DNA of 64,000 nt from Octopus bimaculoides (lineage: Eukaryota). The stretch's first letter is position 1. Every line of letters starts with the position of its first letter. Position numbers and translations under genes: made by a program. Shown here piece by piece: positions 1-12,893 of this stretch. The notes below the pieces were generated by a model, which was not told where the DNA came from, made no database searches, and worked only from the letters and a program-made list of their open reading frames with translations. The DNA lies in the NCBI RefSeq assembly GCF_001194135.2, contig NC_068981.1, positions 120,569,534-120,633,533 of the forward strand. The letters run 5' to 3'.

Positions 1-207
1 CCCACTCAACTGTCTTGCCTGTGATGCTAACAATGTTAACAACAACAAAATACCATACTTTCTATCACAAATAATAATACAGATATCACTATATATATTT
101 GATAGCATGGAAATTTGGTTGATGGATGTAACCAAAAATACGGTTCCATTATCTGTATTAGAAACCATATAGGCATAATTTCACCATATCCATTTATTGA
201 TGTAGAC

Positions 208-420
208 TCATCATCATCATTTAATGTCTGTTTTCCATGCTGATAGAAGCTGGCCAGCTGAAGAGCTGCCCAGGCTCCATGTCTGCTTTGGCATGGTTTC
301 TATAGATGGATGCCCTTCCTAATGTCAACCACTTTACAGAGTCTACTGGGTGCTTTTACACAGCTCTGGCATGGGTGCCTTTATGTGGTACAGGTATGGG
401 TGTTTTTTATATGACACAAA
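208..420 (-). mobile_element. SINE-like family G copy, diverged; (CAT)n = (GAT)n tail on minus strand
   Basis: Family motifs catttaatgtctgttttccatgct and gatggatgcccttcctaatgtcaaccac, shared with more than 10 copies in the window. Confidence 0.75.
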
Positions 421-633
421 CACCTACGAGCCAAGATTAGGATTGCTCAGGCTTGTGGCTGCTGGAATATGTATGGAAATGACTTACAAAAGTAAAGTTG
501 TACTCCTTAACATCAATGTTAATAAATAGAGTTTTTCTCCTATCTCTGGCAAGTAGTAAGGAATACTTAACCAAGAATAACCTGGAGAGACATCCAGTCC
601 AACTTAACCAAGACCAGTTATGATTTCCCACTA

Positions 634-895
634 TCATCATCATCATCGTCATTTAACGTCCGCTTTCCATGCTAGCATGGGTTGGACGATTTGACTGAGA
701 ACTGGTGAAACCAGATGGCTACACCAGGCTCCAATCTGATTTGGCAGAGTTTCTACAGCTGGATGCCCTTCCTAACGCCAACCACTCAGAGAGTGTAGTG
801 GGTGCTTTTACGTGTCACCCGCACGAAGGCCAGTCAGGCGGTACTGGCAACGGCCACGCTCAAAATGGTGTATTTTATGTGCCGATTACTGATAT
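634..895 (-). mobile_element. SINE-like family G copy, young
   Basis: Nearly identical to the reverse complement of 36265-36455 (both yield the spurious ORF MKPDGYTRLQSDLAEFLQLDALPNANHSESVVGAF); ctggatgcccttcctaacgccaacc core; (CAT)n tail. Confidence 0.85.
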
Positions 896-1871
896 TAATA
901 AGTCACAGCTAATGAATACTGGCTTTGTTAGATTAAACTAATTTAGCTCCCTTCAGATAATAGCAAAAGAATCATGATTATGCATGCAGTTAAAGTCCAG
1001 TCTCAAAGTTACTTTAAAAAGAAAACAAAAAAAAAAAGAATTGGCAGATAATTTTAAAAAACAGATGAAAGGCAGTGTGAATGGAATCAGAATTGCTGGA
1101 CAATGTTGTCAACTTTTTTATTGTGTGTTTGTATAGGTGGAGCAGGGTGGGAGTAGAAGCAGACAAAATTAGCCACTTATTAGATAACACTGTGTAACAC
1201 GATTTTTGTTATTTCCCATTTGCTTGCTCCTAGAAAGTATGAAAACGGCTAATATTTCCTTCAAACTTTGCTTTTGTTACATTTATTCAAACCCCTAAGA
1301 ATCCCTCCCACCACATGGCTATGATGCTATCCCACTACTCCTGCTCATGATCAACTGGTTAAGGTCAAGCAAATGCCAAGCAAGTCTGTGATATGGAGCA
1401 GAATATTTGCTATAACGATATTTCTGCTTCAACAACTCAATGTTGAATCTGTCTGAAATGTAATGGAAAATAGGTCAGTTTGAAAACATTGATGTCCAGG
1501 TCACAAAAGCAAAATTTGAAGGGAATAGTAGTCATTTCCTTTGATTTCTGGACAAGGAAATAGGAAATAACACCTACTGACCAAAGACAAAAAAATAAAA
1601 AATTTGTTACACAGTATAATTGTATCACTGCATTCTCATCGTGTTGATGACATTAGTCTTGGAATTATAATATCCTCATACTAACAGTCAAAGGGATGAA
1701 GAATGTACTACATATACAACACAAAGAAATTTCCATCAACAACAGTATCAAAATCATTATTGACAATTCCTTCAGACATCCTAAAAGGAGAGTAAATAAA
1801 CTACAAGATACTGTGTTATGGAGAGAAAACATAACCACTAATGGTAAATCAAAACTTTGCATACTCTACAT

Positions 1872-2150
1872 CAGGGGTTTTCAAACTGTGGTCCGCAAGG
1901 ACAAGAAAGGGGGTCCTTGGACAGCAAATACTTTTTATGGGCAATTTGATTTTATACATGTTTTTTAATTGAAATCTTTTAATTGACAATAAACCTATTT
2001 GTTAAATACTGTTAAATAAATAAATGTAAAAATATATGTTATTTTAAGCAAATATTTATGTATACATTTCATAAGCGTTTATAAGGGGGTCTCTAAGGTA
2101 AAGCCTGAAATATAAAGGGGTCCGCAAGTCAAAAAGTTTGAAAACCCCTG
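1872..2150. mobile_element. hAT (Charlie-like) MITE
   Basis: TIRs caggggttttcaaact / agtttgaaaacccctg; 8-bp TSD ctctacat at 1864-1871 and 2151-2158. Confidence 0.92.
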
Positions 2151-2199
2151 CTCTACATGCATTATAGAAAATCTGTGGCAAACCAATGATGATAATAAT

Positions 2200-2887
2200 A
2201 ATAATGATTTCGTATTTTGGCACAAGGCCAGCAATTTCAGGGGAGGGGATAAGACAATTACATTGACCCGTGTTCAAGTAGTACTTATTTTATTGACCCT
2301 GAAAGGATTTAAAGACAAAGATGACCTCAGCGAAATTTGAACATAAAACATGAAAGAGGATGAAATGCCGCTAAGCATTTTGCCCAACATGCTAATGATT
2401 CTGCTAGCTTGTCACCTTAACAATAATAATACTAATCCTTTCTGCTAAAGGCACAAGGCCTGAAATTTTGGGGAAGGGGACAAGTCATTTGTATCAACCT
2501 CATTGTTTCACTGGTATTTAATTTAGCAACCCTGAAAAGATGAAAGGCAATGTTGACCTTGGTGGAATTTGAACCCAGGACATAGATGTGCAAAATGCTG
2601 CTAAGCATTTTGCCTGGCAAGCTAATGACTGAGACAGTTTGCTGCCTTAACAACAACAATAATAATGGTTTCAAATTTTGCCACAAGGGCAATAATTTTT
2701 GAGGAGGGTATGAGTCGATTACATTGGCCCCAGTGTTCAACTGGTACTTATTTTATCGACCCCGAAAAGATAAAAGTCAAAGTTGATTTCAGTGGGATTT
2801 GAACTCAGAACATAGCAATAGTTCATAGTAAAATACTGCTTAGCATTTCGTCCAGCATGCTAACAATTCTGCCAGCTCATCAACTTA
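2200..2887 (-). mobile_element. Three head-to-tail copies of tRNA-derived SINE family C (about 2205-2420, 2435-2650, 2665-2887) separated by (AAT)n
   Basis: Each ~220-bp unit contains aatttgaac (B-box rc), aaaggcaaagttgacc and gtacttattttat; spacers are AAT repeats. Confidence 0.85.
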
Positions 2888-3310
2888 ATAATAATAATAA
2901 CAATAATAATAATACTAATAATAATAGTAATATGATGATGATAATGATGAATTGTCTCTTATAAAATAAATAATATATAATGATGATGATGATGATAAAA
3001 ATTGATATGTTTGAAATACTGCCAAACTAGACATCTTAATGGCAGATGTCATAAAAGTAATGAGGAACGTGTCACAAATGTGCAGCCTTGTGTTCTTTTA
3101 TCTTTGAATGCAGTTATCTGTTATACACAAAGATATAGACTCAAGATATATAAAGGAGCCAAGAAAAGGTTTGGAAATATAAAAAAAGTCATGCAGATGA
3201 TTTATTTCACTGTATGCTCTTTATATTATAACAAATTCTGGAATAGGAAATTCAGGGAAAATAATACAATAGTTAAGATTAGTATATAGTATGATAATAA
3301 GATTCATAAT

Positions 3311-3483
3311 AGGAGCAGGCATGGCTGTGTGGTAAGAAGTTTGCTTCACAACCATATGGTTCAGGGTTCAGTCCAACTGCATGATGACTTGGGCAAGTGT
3401 CATTCACATAGTCTTAGGAGTACCAAAGCCTTGTGAGAGAATTTGGTGGACTGAAACACTGAAATTGAAAGAAGCCTGTCATT

Positions 3484-3531
<48 letters not shown>

Positions 3532-3750
3532 ATTAAGGATAAAATCTTTATAAGATTTTATGAAGTAGCTAGCATGTAATGAACCATATAATAAATTATT
3601 ACACACACACACACACACACACATCCAGTTCAGCAAAAGAGACTTTACAAACAAATAAGTACTGGGGTCGATTTGTTCAACTAAAACTAAAATTCTTCAA
3701 GGTGGTGCCTCAGCATGGCCACAGTCTAATGACTGAAACAAGTGAAAGAC
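3311..3750 (+). mobile_element. SINE family AB: tRNA-like head, internal TA/CA microsatellite, 3' body and tail
   Basis: A box tggctgtgtgg, B box ggttcagtcc; 3' end gcatggccacagtctaatgactgaaacaagt. Confidence 0.85.
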
Positions 3751-5276
3751 AATGTAAAGTTTGTGTATGTCACATCCAATGGTGAAATAGCTAAACAGAT
3801 TTCGGGAAATCCCCTGAGAATCGAATTACAGTATTAAAGTCATGGCAAAAAACCATGTAAATTCATCAAGTTAATCATTCATAAGACTTATCCTTTTGAT
3901 AAGTATATCAGGAAAAATAATCATAAGGTGTATGCTACAAAGCCACATATCAGTGCCAAAAAATATAGAATGAAACAATTGGGTACAGCTATTTGGATGC
4001 AAGGCTGACTGGACACTGAGCCTGTTTTGGCAGAGGAGGCCACACACACACACAAATGTACATGTGTGCACAGAAATATACACATACAGTTGGAGAGAGT
4101 AAAAGAGAAAGAAAGAGACATTACAATTTATTAATCAAACGCAATGGACATAAACACTTTCCCTCTTGTCATACACATAAAGAGAATTATGTTCACACAT
4201 ATAAACAGAGAGAGGGTAAGGAAGGAGAGAATGTGAGAAACATTAAAACATCTGATGTCAAATGAGTCTGCACTGAATGAGTGACACCAAAATGACTGTG
4301 CCAGAAAGTGTCACACCTAAAAATATAGCATTCTGTATAAGATGCCAAGAAGAATCATGATCATGTGCAAACTTCCCTGAAACTTATAAAGGAGAAACAG
4401 CTTGGAGTGTAAGTAAAAGGTTCAGTGGACATTGGAACAATAATACAGTAAAAAAGTGCACCTCCGCACTTTACTAATATGCACTAGGTAAAACAAGTGC
4501 AGATATATAAATTTAGCTTTATAATGAAATAAGAAGACATGCAACCAGATCAGGTCTAAATGAGGTAGCATCAGTGTCCTAAGGACAAGTATGCATATCT
4601 TCTCTCCAAAACATTAGTTTTAATGCAAATATAGAAATGTGTGTGCATGAGTGGGCACATAAGTGTGTGTGAGTGTATGAATATGTAAATACATACATTA
4701 TCATTGTTTTTATGTCAGTTTTTTTTTTGCATGTTAGCATGGGCTGAATGAGACTTGAAACAGCATTCTTTCTGTAATCAATCCTTTCTTGTAATTAAGG
4801 TACTTTAACTCATGTTTTCCACATTGAACTACTGAACTAGTAAACATTTTGTTTATGTGAGACACAATTAACATCATAGCTTCTAAAGCAGTGTCAATGT
4901 GAAGATATGCAAAAACCAAAACCAAAACAAAAATAACATACACACACATAAATGAAAACCCGTTATATATATATATATATNNNNNNNNNNNNNNNNNNNN
5001 NNNNNNNNNNNNNNNNNNNNNNNNNNNNNNNNNNNNNNNNNNNNNNNNNNNNNNNNNNNNNNNNNNNNNNNNNNNNNNNNNNNNNNNNNNNNNNNNNNNN
5101 NNNNNNNNNNNNNNNNNNNNNNNNNNNNNNNNNNNTAGAAATATGCTTCATAACCATGTAGTTTGGAGTTCAGTCTCACTGCATGACACCTTAGACAAAT
5201 ACCTTTTATTATAGCCGTGGGCTGTAATTGAAGAGTTGAGAGTGAATTTAGGGGACAGAAACTGGAAAGCAGCCTG

Positions 5277-5312
<36 letters not shown>

Positions 5313-5514
5313 CACCCTACTTTTAGATCCTGTGTAAATTAACAAATTTAATTGGCATACAAGTGTCACCACTTCTATGGCATACAAATGTCAATCTTCT
5401 ATGGAAATAGGTGAGGATTAGCAAAAAGAAGGGCATCCAGCAGGAGAGAATCTGTCTCAATGAATTCTGAAGAAAAAGTAGATGTTAAAATGATGGTATT
5501 TGTGTGTAGGTACA

Positions 5515-5912
5515 TACTCTTTACTCTTTTACTTGTTTCAGTCATTTGACTGTGGCCATGCTAGAGCACCACCTTTAGTCGAGCAAATCGACCCCAGGAC
5601 TTATTCTTTGGATGCCTAGTACTTATTCTATCGGTCTCTTTTGCCGAACCGCTAAGTTACGGGGACGTAAACTCACCAGCATCGGTTGTCAAAGTGATGT
5701 TGAGGGGACAAACACAGACACACACACATACATATACATATATATACATATATACGACAGGCTTCTTTCAGTTTCCGTCTACCAAATCCACTCACAAGGC
5801 TTTGGTCGACCTGAGGCTATAGTAGAAGATACTTGCCCAAGTTGCCACGCAGTGGGAATGAACCCAGAACCATGTGGTTGGTAAGCAAGCTACTTACCAC
5901 ACAGCCACTCCT
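5515..5912 (-). mobile_element. SINE family AB, full length, well conserved
   Basis: (ACTCTTT)n tail, ttgtttcagtcatttgactg hairpin, internal CA/TA repeat, tRNA-like head rc ending ccacacagccactcc. Confidence 0.9.
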
Positions 5913-6989
5913 GCACTATGTATACAAATCTACATAATTTTGTGTAATATACCATTTTTTAATTAAAACTATGCTTTTACTTTGTACCATAATTGTTAAA
6001 TAGATCAACTTTGCAAGAATCTAAAGTAAAATAGACTTAAATTACCAGCAGATATTCTAAACATGCTTTCATCATAGGTTTGTTCATTCAGAGTCCATCT
6101 CAGACTAAACAATACCAACAAAGGAGCTTCTTGATCACTCTGAGACAATTTGTAAACAGAGAATGACTGATGTTCCCAAAAGTTTGACACTAACTCACAG
6201 GGGGGGAACAAATACTCTTGAAAGTACTATTTACTGAAGAAAAAGAAGGAATAATGATCAAAATATAATGAGTATATATACAATACAACTGGAGAAAGAA
6301 ATTATAGAAAAGAATTTGAAAGTGACTAAAGACTCATGTGTCAAAAGTTCAAATAACAACAGCCGCTTCAGGTTCAAAATTTTTTTTGAAAAGTGGATAG
6401 AAGTCACAATTTTCAGGTTCATAAAATCAGATTGGTAACTGACATTCAACAGAACATTTTGACATATCAAGAAACAAATAGAAAATGAAAAGAATTAAAA
6501 ATGTGAAATTCTCTACATCTCTTTTCCTTACAATTCCTTCATTTCAGATTCAAATTTCCAATCCCACCAAATATCATGATGAAAGGGTGATCTCCCTTGC
6601 TATAAATGCAACTGCTAAAGGAAAATATGTAAATATAACAGCATCTTTTGCATGATCCTAAAAGACTAAAATCATTTTTTCATGATGTAATTATTTCAGT
6701 TTTAACTCATGGTCACAGATCAAGTCATTTGCCAATAAAATATCGCTCTGAAACCTAAACAAATGATTAGTGGCTTAATCAAAGAAGGAAAGGCAGTGTC
6801 CATGACCTTTTACAAGACCTCCAACATTGGTAAAAAGAAGGGAGGAAATTATCTCAATCTAGAGACTGGCCTGAATGCTTGCAATGAAGAAGACCCTGTT
6901 AAAGGAACAATAAGGGCTGCTGGTAGTAGGAATCTGAGTTGCAGATTAAGCCTACCAACCAAGAACAAAAGCAGTTCCTATGATGGGCT

Positions 6990-7135
6990 TCCATGCAGTT
7001 TCCATAATCCAAATGTCACCACAAGGCTATGGCTGTCCTGAAGTTATGGTAGAAACTTGTGTAAGGTTCCATGTAGTGGAACTGAACTAAAAAACTACAT
7101 ACTTGCAAAATGAACATCTTAACCACACTGCTATG
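6990..7135 (-). mobile_element. SINE AB 5' half, diverged
   Basis: gcagtttccataatccaaat...ggaactgaact...ttaaccacactgcta matches the rc of the AB head. Confidence 0.6.
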
Positions 7136-7247
7136 TTTTGTTCATTCAGAGTCCATCTAAGGCTAAACAATAACAATGAAGGAGCTTCTTGATCACTCAA
7201 CTTGCTAGAAATAGCAGGCACATCTGAAATCATACCTGCATCTAAAC

Positions 7248-7506
7248 TAGTGGTTCTCAATTGAGGTCCATATGGCCCTTGGGAGTCTATATAGGATTTT
7301 GTTATTAAAGTTTATGTACAATAAATTGGTTATACTTCTACAATACTCCAAATATTTTAACAGCTTTTTAAATATAATTCCTAGTAAAATTTAATTATGA
7401 AAATATAACAGAATTGTTTTTTAAACATTGGAGGAGTATGAGGGTCTATCTGAGTAAAATAGGTATCAAAGGGCTCCATAGGTAAAAAATGCTTGAGAAA
7501 ACGCTG
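7248..7506. mobile_element. hAT (Charlie-like) MITE
   Basis: Imperfect TIRs tagtggttctcaa / ttgagaaaacgctg; 8-bp TSD atctaaac at 7240-7247 and 7507-7514. Confidence 0.85.
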
Positions 7507-7894
7507 ATCTAAACAAACAACAATTAACTGCACCTCCATAGTGGACAGCTGAATCGGTGGAGTATCATTAAAATGCCTTGTGATATTTTGTTATGTCCTT
7601 TTATATCCTGCATGCAATTTTTACCTTTCACCCTTTCAGTAATTGATAAAACGAGTACCAGTTATATAATGGTGGTGATTAAATTGAGTAAATTCAGTCT
7701 TTAAAATTTGTGATCTTTTGATTATGTGATAAATAATTAAAACTGAGAGAACAGTACCAATTTAAGATATTAATCTATTGATTTAGAAGAGTAGTTCTGT
7801 AACAAAATATGACTTTAATACGGTTCATTAAGTTTACCTTTAATGGATAAAATATGTTGTATGTCTCTGTATGTAGTATGTGTATGGTTGTTTA

Positions 7895-7899
7895 TAAAT

Positions 7900-7956
<57 letters not shown>

Positions 7957-7996
7957 TGTGTTTATATATGACATAGAGAGAGAGAGAGAAAGGCAG

Positions 7997-8040
<44 letters not shown>

Positions 8041-8219
8041 ACTGTGTTCATATATGACTCAAAAATAGAGAGAGGGAGAAAGAAATCCTGTGTGTTCATG
8101 TATGTCTGAGAGAGAGAGAAGACAGAGAGAGAAGACAGAGAGAGGAGTGAGAGAGACAGAGACCAAGAGTATGTGTTAATGTTTGCATCTATGAAAAAGG
8201 GAAACAGAGACAGACATAG

Positions 8220-8250
<31 letters not shown>
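7895..8250. repeat. Compound (AG)n microsatellite with recurring ~20-nt spacers, followed by (TA)n
   Basis: AG tracts interrupted by tgtgtttatatatgac, ctgtgttcatatatgac and ctgtgtgttcatgtatgtc. Confidence 0.9.
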
Positions 8251-8256
<6 letters not shown>

Positions 8257-9044
8257 TACAGAGCAGGAGAGAAAAGAGAAAAGAGAACATGAGTAGGAGT
8301 ATATGCATGTGTATGTGTGCGTGTGTGAGTATCTGTAATTATAAATCTAATTATATAACCATTAAATTACAATGATGTTGATGATTAACAGTAATGAAGA
8401 TAGCACATTTTGATTAAAGTCACCCAGAGATCATGTTTAGTATTTTATAGGTACATTTATATTTTCATTTAATAGCAATTTATATAAAGGTAGAAATGTG
8501 AGACAAAGTACAGCTGAACTACATGTAAACCATTTGGTCAACAGTTCAAACCTTGGTAGGGCAATTGTGCTCTTGTTGTTGTTTAACCAAGGTTAGCCCT
8601 GATTGAGTAGATCTATGATTAACAATGAACCAAGCATGACCTCTCCATTTTTTATTCATGAAGTGTTTCAAAGGATGATATATTATTCAATGTAAATTTG
8701 ACCCAACATAGCTTTAAAGATAGTAAGTTTGTAATGGGGTAGAGATTAGGTTGCTATTTCTAGCAGGTTGAATGACCACATAGATGTTGGCTTGTAGTGT
8801 TGTGTAGACGAGAAGACATTTGTCTGCTTGTTTCAGCTTCCTTGGCTCCTCACCAGAGTTGAGTTGTTAGCTGTAGAAAGAGCACTCATCTATGAAAATC
8901 CTTGCTTCGATAACTTGAAAATGTCCAAATGCAACATTGAATTATCAAAAGTTTCAAAAAATATTAAAAAATAAAAATATTGAATAAAATAAATAATAAA
9001 AAAATTTCTTTACCAGAAAGAGCAAGTTTTCAGAGAAAAGCAGC

Positions 9045-9120
<76 letters not shown>

Positions 9121-9219
9121 ATGTGTATATCTATGTATGTGTATACATGTATGTATATATATCTATGTCTATATATATGTATATTTGTATGTATGTGTAT
9201 ATATGTATGTGTGTATGTA

Positions 9220-9290
<71 letters not shown>

Positions 9291-9360
9291 GTGTATATGT
9301 GTATGTATAGATGTGTGTGTGCATATATATACATACACATACACATGTATATTATATGAT
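9045..9360. repeat. Compound (TA)/(TG)/(CA) microsatellite
   Basis: Visible directly; source of the IYIY/THTH ORFs. Confidence 0.95.
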
Positions 9361-9854
9361 GTGAGTTGCAAAAATAATAGAGTTCCATAATCAATGTTGT
9401 AGGCTTGGTAAGTAGATACACAATGTTTTGATGTTAACTGAGATGCAGCAATTGTGCAACTGCATCGGCTGTGCGTGTGGGTGGGGTGGAGTGGGAAAGA
9501 GAACAAATAATTGTTAGGAAAAGTGCCTAACATTTTTATGGCTGTGGGCATGGATGGTTGTGTGCTTAAGAAGTTCTCTTTGCAATCATGTGGTCTTAGG
9601 TTTGATTCCACTGTGTGGCACAAGTTCTATTATAAGCCTTTCAATGACCAACGGTATGCAAATAAAAATGGTAGATAGGAAGATGTGCGGAATCCACTGT
9701 GTATGTATACGCACACACACATGATAATGATGATATTTATATACTTATATTAGGTGCAGGTGTGGCTGTGTGATAACAAGCTTGTTTCCCAACCACATGG
9801 TTCTGGGTTCACTCCCAGTGCATGGTACCTGGGGTGTGTATGTGCATCTTGGTC

Positions 9855-10400
9855 AAGTAGTGACTATGAGGCGAGAGATTAAGAATGAAATCCCGTGAAG
9901 GGTAAGAGGAGGATGGTGAGTGTTCAACCTGGTGAAGGATGTGCTGAAGTCGAACCTAGACAAGGCAACTCGCACCAGTCTCCTCAACAGCACAGTCTTG
10001 CTTGCAATGCTATACACATGTGAAACTTGGGCTTTGATGAAGAGGCAACAACATCTGCTTATGGCGCAGAGGGCCATGGAAAGGTTGATGCTGGAAATCT
10101 TGCTAAGAGGTCATATCCAGAATGAGATTAGGGATAGAACTGGAGTGAAGGACATGGTCACAGAATACCACCGCACAAAGCTATGATGGGCCAGTCTCAT
10201 GTAGTGAGGTTCATAGGCAATCGATGGACCTGTGCAGTTGTCAAGTGGTACCTGCATGAGCAGAAGAGACCAGTTGAAAGACTTCCAATCAGGTGAAAAG
10301 ATGATTTAAGAAAGATGTTTTAAGCATGATGTGAACATGAGGGGAATGGAGAAAATGCTGAGAATGTGCTATCTTCATTACTGTTAATCATCAACATCAT
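9855..10400 (+). mobile_element. RTE-clade LINE 3' fragment, degenerate RT C-terminus
   Basis: ORF 9920-10186 has LNSTVLLAMLYTCETW, QRAMERLML and IQNEIRDRTGVKD; RW/KR..RW motifs continue out of frame; CAT-like tail. Confidence 0.88.
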
Positions 10401-10684
10401 TGTAATTTAATGGTTATATAATTAGATTTATAATTACAGATACTCACAGTCATACACGCACACATACACATGCATATACTCCTACTCATGTTCTCTTTTC
10501 TCTCCTGCTCTGTCGTACATATATATATATATATATGTTTTCTACAATAGCCCTAGGCAGACCAAAGCCTTTTGAGTGGATTTGGTAGACAGAAACTTAA
10601 AGAAGTCTATTGTGCATATATATATATATATATATATATGAATCAGTAAATGGTGGGGTTGTGTTAACCGCACGTGGAGAAATA

Positions 10685-11577
10685 ATAGGAAAATAAAAAA
10701 TAATAATAATAAGGCAGAATGCTAAACTGAAAGCATATTTTAATATAGATGTGCATAAGTAGGATTAAAAAGGATTTCTAACGGCTTTCATTGCATGGCA
10801 AATTTTCAAGAAGAGGGAAAATGAAAATAATGTTTTTTACAAAAATGTATAAAAAAATAAATATACCAATACATTATATTGTCTTTGAGTTTTCAAAGTT
10901 CAATGGTAATCCATGTAGATAATTGTTAGATAGATTAGGATGCATGGAATTAAGAACGGTGTTGTGTTTAAAAAAAGCTGAGAGTTTGTGTTAAACAGGA
11001 AGTGTAGTGTCAAAACAGGAAGTTTCATTGAATACATATAAATTTACTTCTTGATTCTCTAAGAACAGACATAAACTTCCTGTTGACAAAGAGTCCAGAA
11101 CTCCAACTAAAGAGTATAAAACCCACAGAATTGTCTTCCCTTACACACACTTCCTGTTTAACACATAAACTTATTGTTTTTGTATCAATCTGTGTATATA
11201 GATCCATAGTGATCATAATAAAAATTTTATACACTTCCTGTTTTGACACCACACTTCCTGCTTAACACAAACTTTCAGCCCTCTTTTTTTAAACACAACT
11301 CTTTATTCCATGCATCCTAATCTTCCTAACAATTATCTACATGGATTACAATTGAACTTTAAAAGCTCAAAGACAATATAATGTATTGGTATATTTATGT
11401 TTTTATATATTTTTAATATTTTTGTAAAAAACATTATTTTCATTTCCCTCTTCTTGAAAATTTGCCATGCAATGAAAGTTGGTTAGAAATCCTATTTAAT
11501 TCTCCTTATGCACATCTGTAATAAAATATGCTTTCAGTTTAGCATTCTGCCTTATTATTATTATTATTTTTTATTTT

Positions 11578-11582
<5 letters not shown>
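10685..11582. mobile_element. Foldback element: ~340-bp inverted arms (10685-11023 / 11233-11582) around a ~210-bp spacer
   Basis: Arms are clear reverse complements, e.g. aaggcagaatgctaaactgaaagcatatttt / aaaatatgctttcagtttagcattctgcctt; TA at the outer ends. Confidence 0.9.
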
Positions 11583-11665
<83 letters not shown>

Positions 11666-11937
11666 CATGCTAAGGGCCTATAATCCTTTAAGGGATGTTT
11701 GTATCCTAGTTCTCCGGTCTATACCAGTGTTCAGTGTTCTATAATGTGGCACCCGGCAAAGCTGGGTATAAACAAAAATTGAAGTATTATCCTAAAAATA
11801 TGCACATCAGTATCTCTAACAACATGGATACCAGGAATAGGAATAAGGATAGGGTAGGTAAGTTTAAATGTCCAAATAAGAATAGTTATTGACCATAACT
11901 ATTGTGCACAAACATGGATGATGTGATACTATACTAT

Positions 11938-12065
11938 GATATTGTTGTATTTGGGGATGGTCATGTTGCCAGTTTAGCCAATTGCTTAGTTCCTTATAGA
12001 TCTTATTCTTTATATTCACCATTGGCTAAACTGGCAACATGACCATCCCCAAATACAACAATATC
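11938..12065. repeat. Perfect 45-bp inverted repeat with 38-nt spacer
   Basis: gatattgttgtatttggggatggtcatgttgccagtttagccaat (11938-11982) is the exact reverse complement of 12021-12065. Confidence 0.95.
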
Positions 12066-12633
12066 TGTTTCAATACAAGATTTCAGATCAAGAATCTTGC
12101 AAAACAAATATATAAAAAATATAATATGATAATTAATAAGCAGATTTTGATGTCATATTTTTTTTGTTGGGTTTCATATTTTAACAAATGCACACACAAT
12201 TACATGATTGTTACCGCTCTCTCTCTCACTCTCTATAACACCTAGTTCACCTTAACTGCATCACCACCACCAATAACAACTATGTATTACAAACACATGC
12301 ACACAACTATATCATACATATTTGTTTATATGTATATATACTAATAATGGTGTCTTTAATATATACATTACCAAAATGCACACATTTGAGTCTGTCAAGG
12401 GTTGACCAACACGGAATGTAGCTCCTTTCTGGAAATTCTCCCCTGATGAAATACCCATTAACCAGTTTCAATACGAAAATTTTAAATTAATTTAATTTAA
12501 GTTCTTTAATTGAATGAATTAAACATGGAAATAGCTGTAGGGATAAGAATTTCATATTACATTGATTTGAATAAACTGATGTCTATATGTCAATTTCTCT
12601 ATTTTCTTCTTTTTCTCATATATATATATATAT

Positions 12634-12723
12634 ATATGATGTACGGTGAATTTATGGAAATAAGTCCCATAAAACTCATCAATTTAATGAGACTTCTTTC
12701 TACAAATTCACCACACATCATAT
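12634..12723. repeat. Imperfect ~37-bp stem hairpin (pre-miRNA-sized or tiny MITE)
   Basis: tgatgtacggtgaatttatggaaataagtcccat pairs with atgagacttctttctacaaattcaccacacatca; 6 mismatches; 16-nt loop. Confidence 0.75.
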
Positions 12724-12893
12724 GCAAGTATTACTTTCATATCTTCGCAAATGTACACCTGTAAACAACCAGCAAAATATGAAGAATCAACATTAGAAAT
12801 CTTTTTTAGAAACCGCCAAATTAAAAGACGAATATACGTTCAACCTTTTTAGCAAGGGCATCTACCCATAAAAACCTTTCCAAAGCAGACAGT

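Noticed and set aside
705-941. Repeated ORF MKPDGYTRLQSDLAEFLQLDALPNANHSESVVGAF (again at 36099-36380)
   Set aside because: Incidental frame inside family G repeat copies; other copies are disrupted
6066-7198. ~70-bp diverged direct repeat (6066-6139 / 7135-7198)
   Set aside because: Overlaps fragments of a common interspersed repeat, so a local duplication cannot be shown
8980-9623. Long ORFs rich in IY, YI, TH, HT and CV (also near 11.5, 24-26, 31, 37 and 51 kb)
   Set aside because: Translations of (TA)n, (CA)n and (TG)n microsatellites, not proteins
12430-12485. ctgatga...gaaa spacing suggestive of a hammerhead
   Set aside because: The intervening sequence does not form stem II
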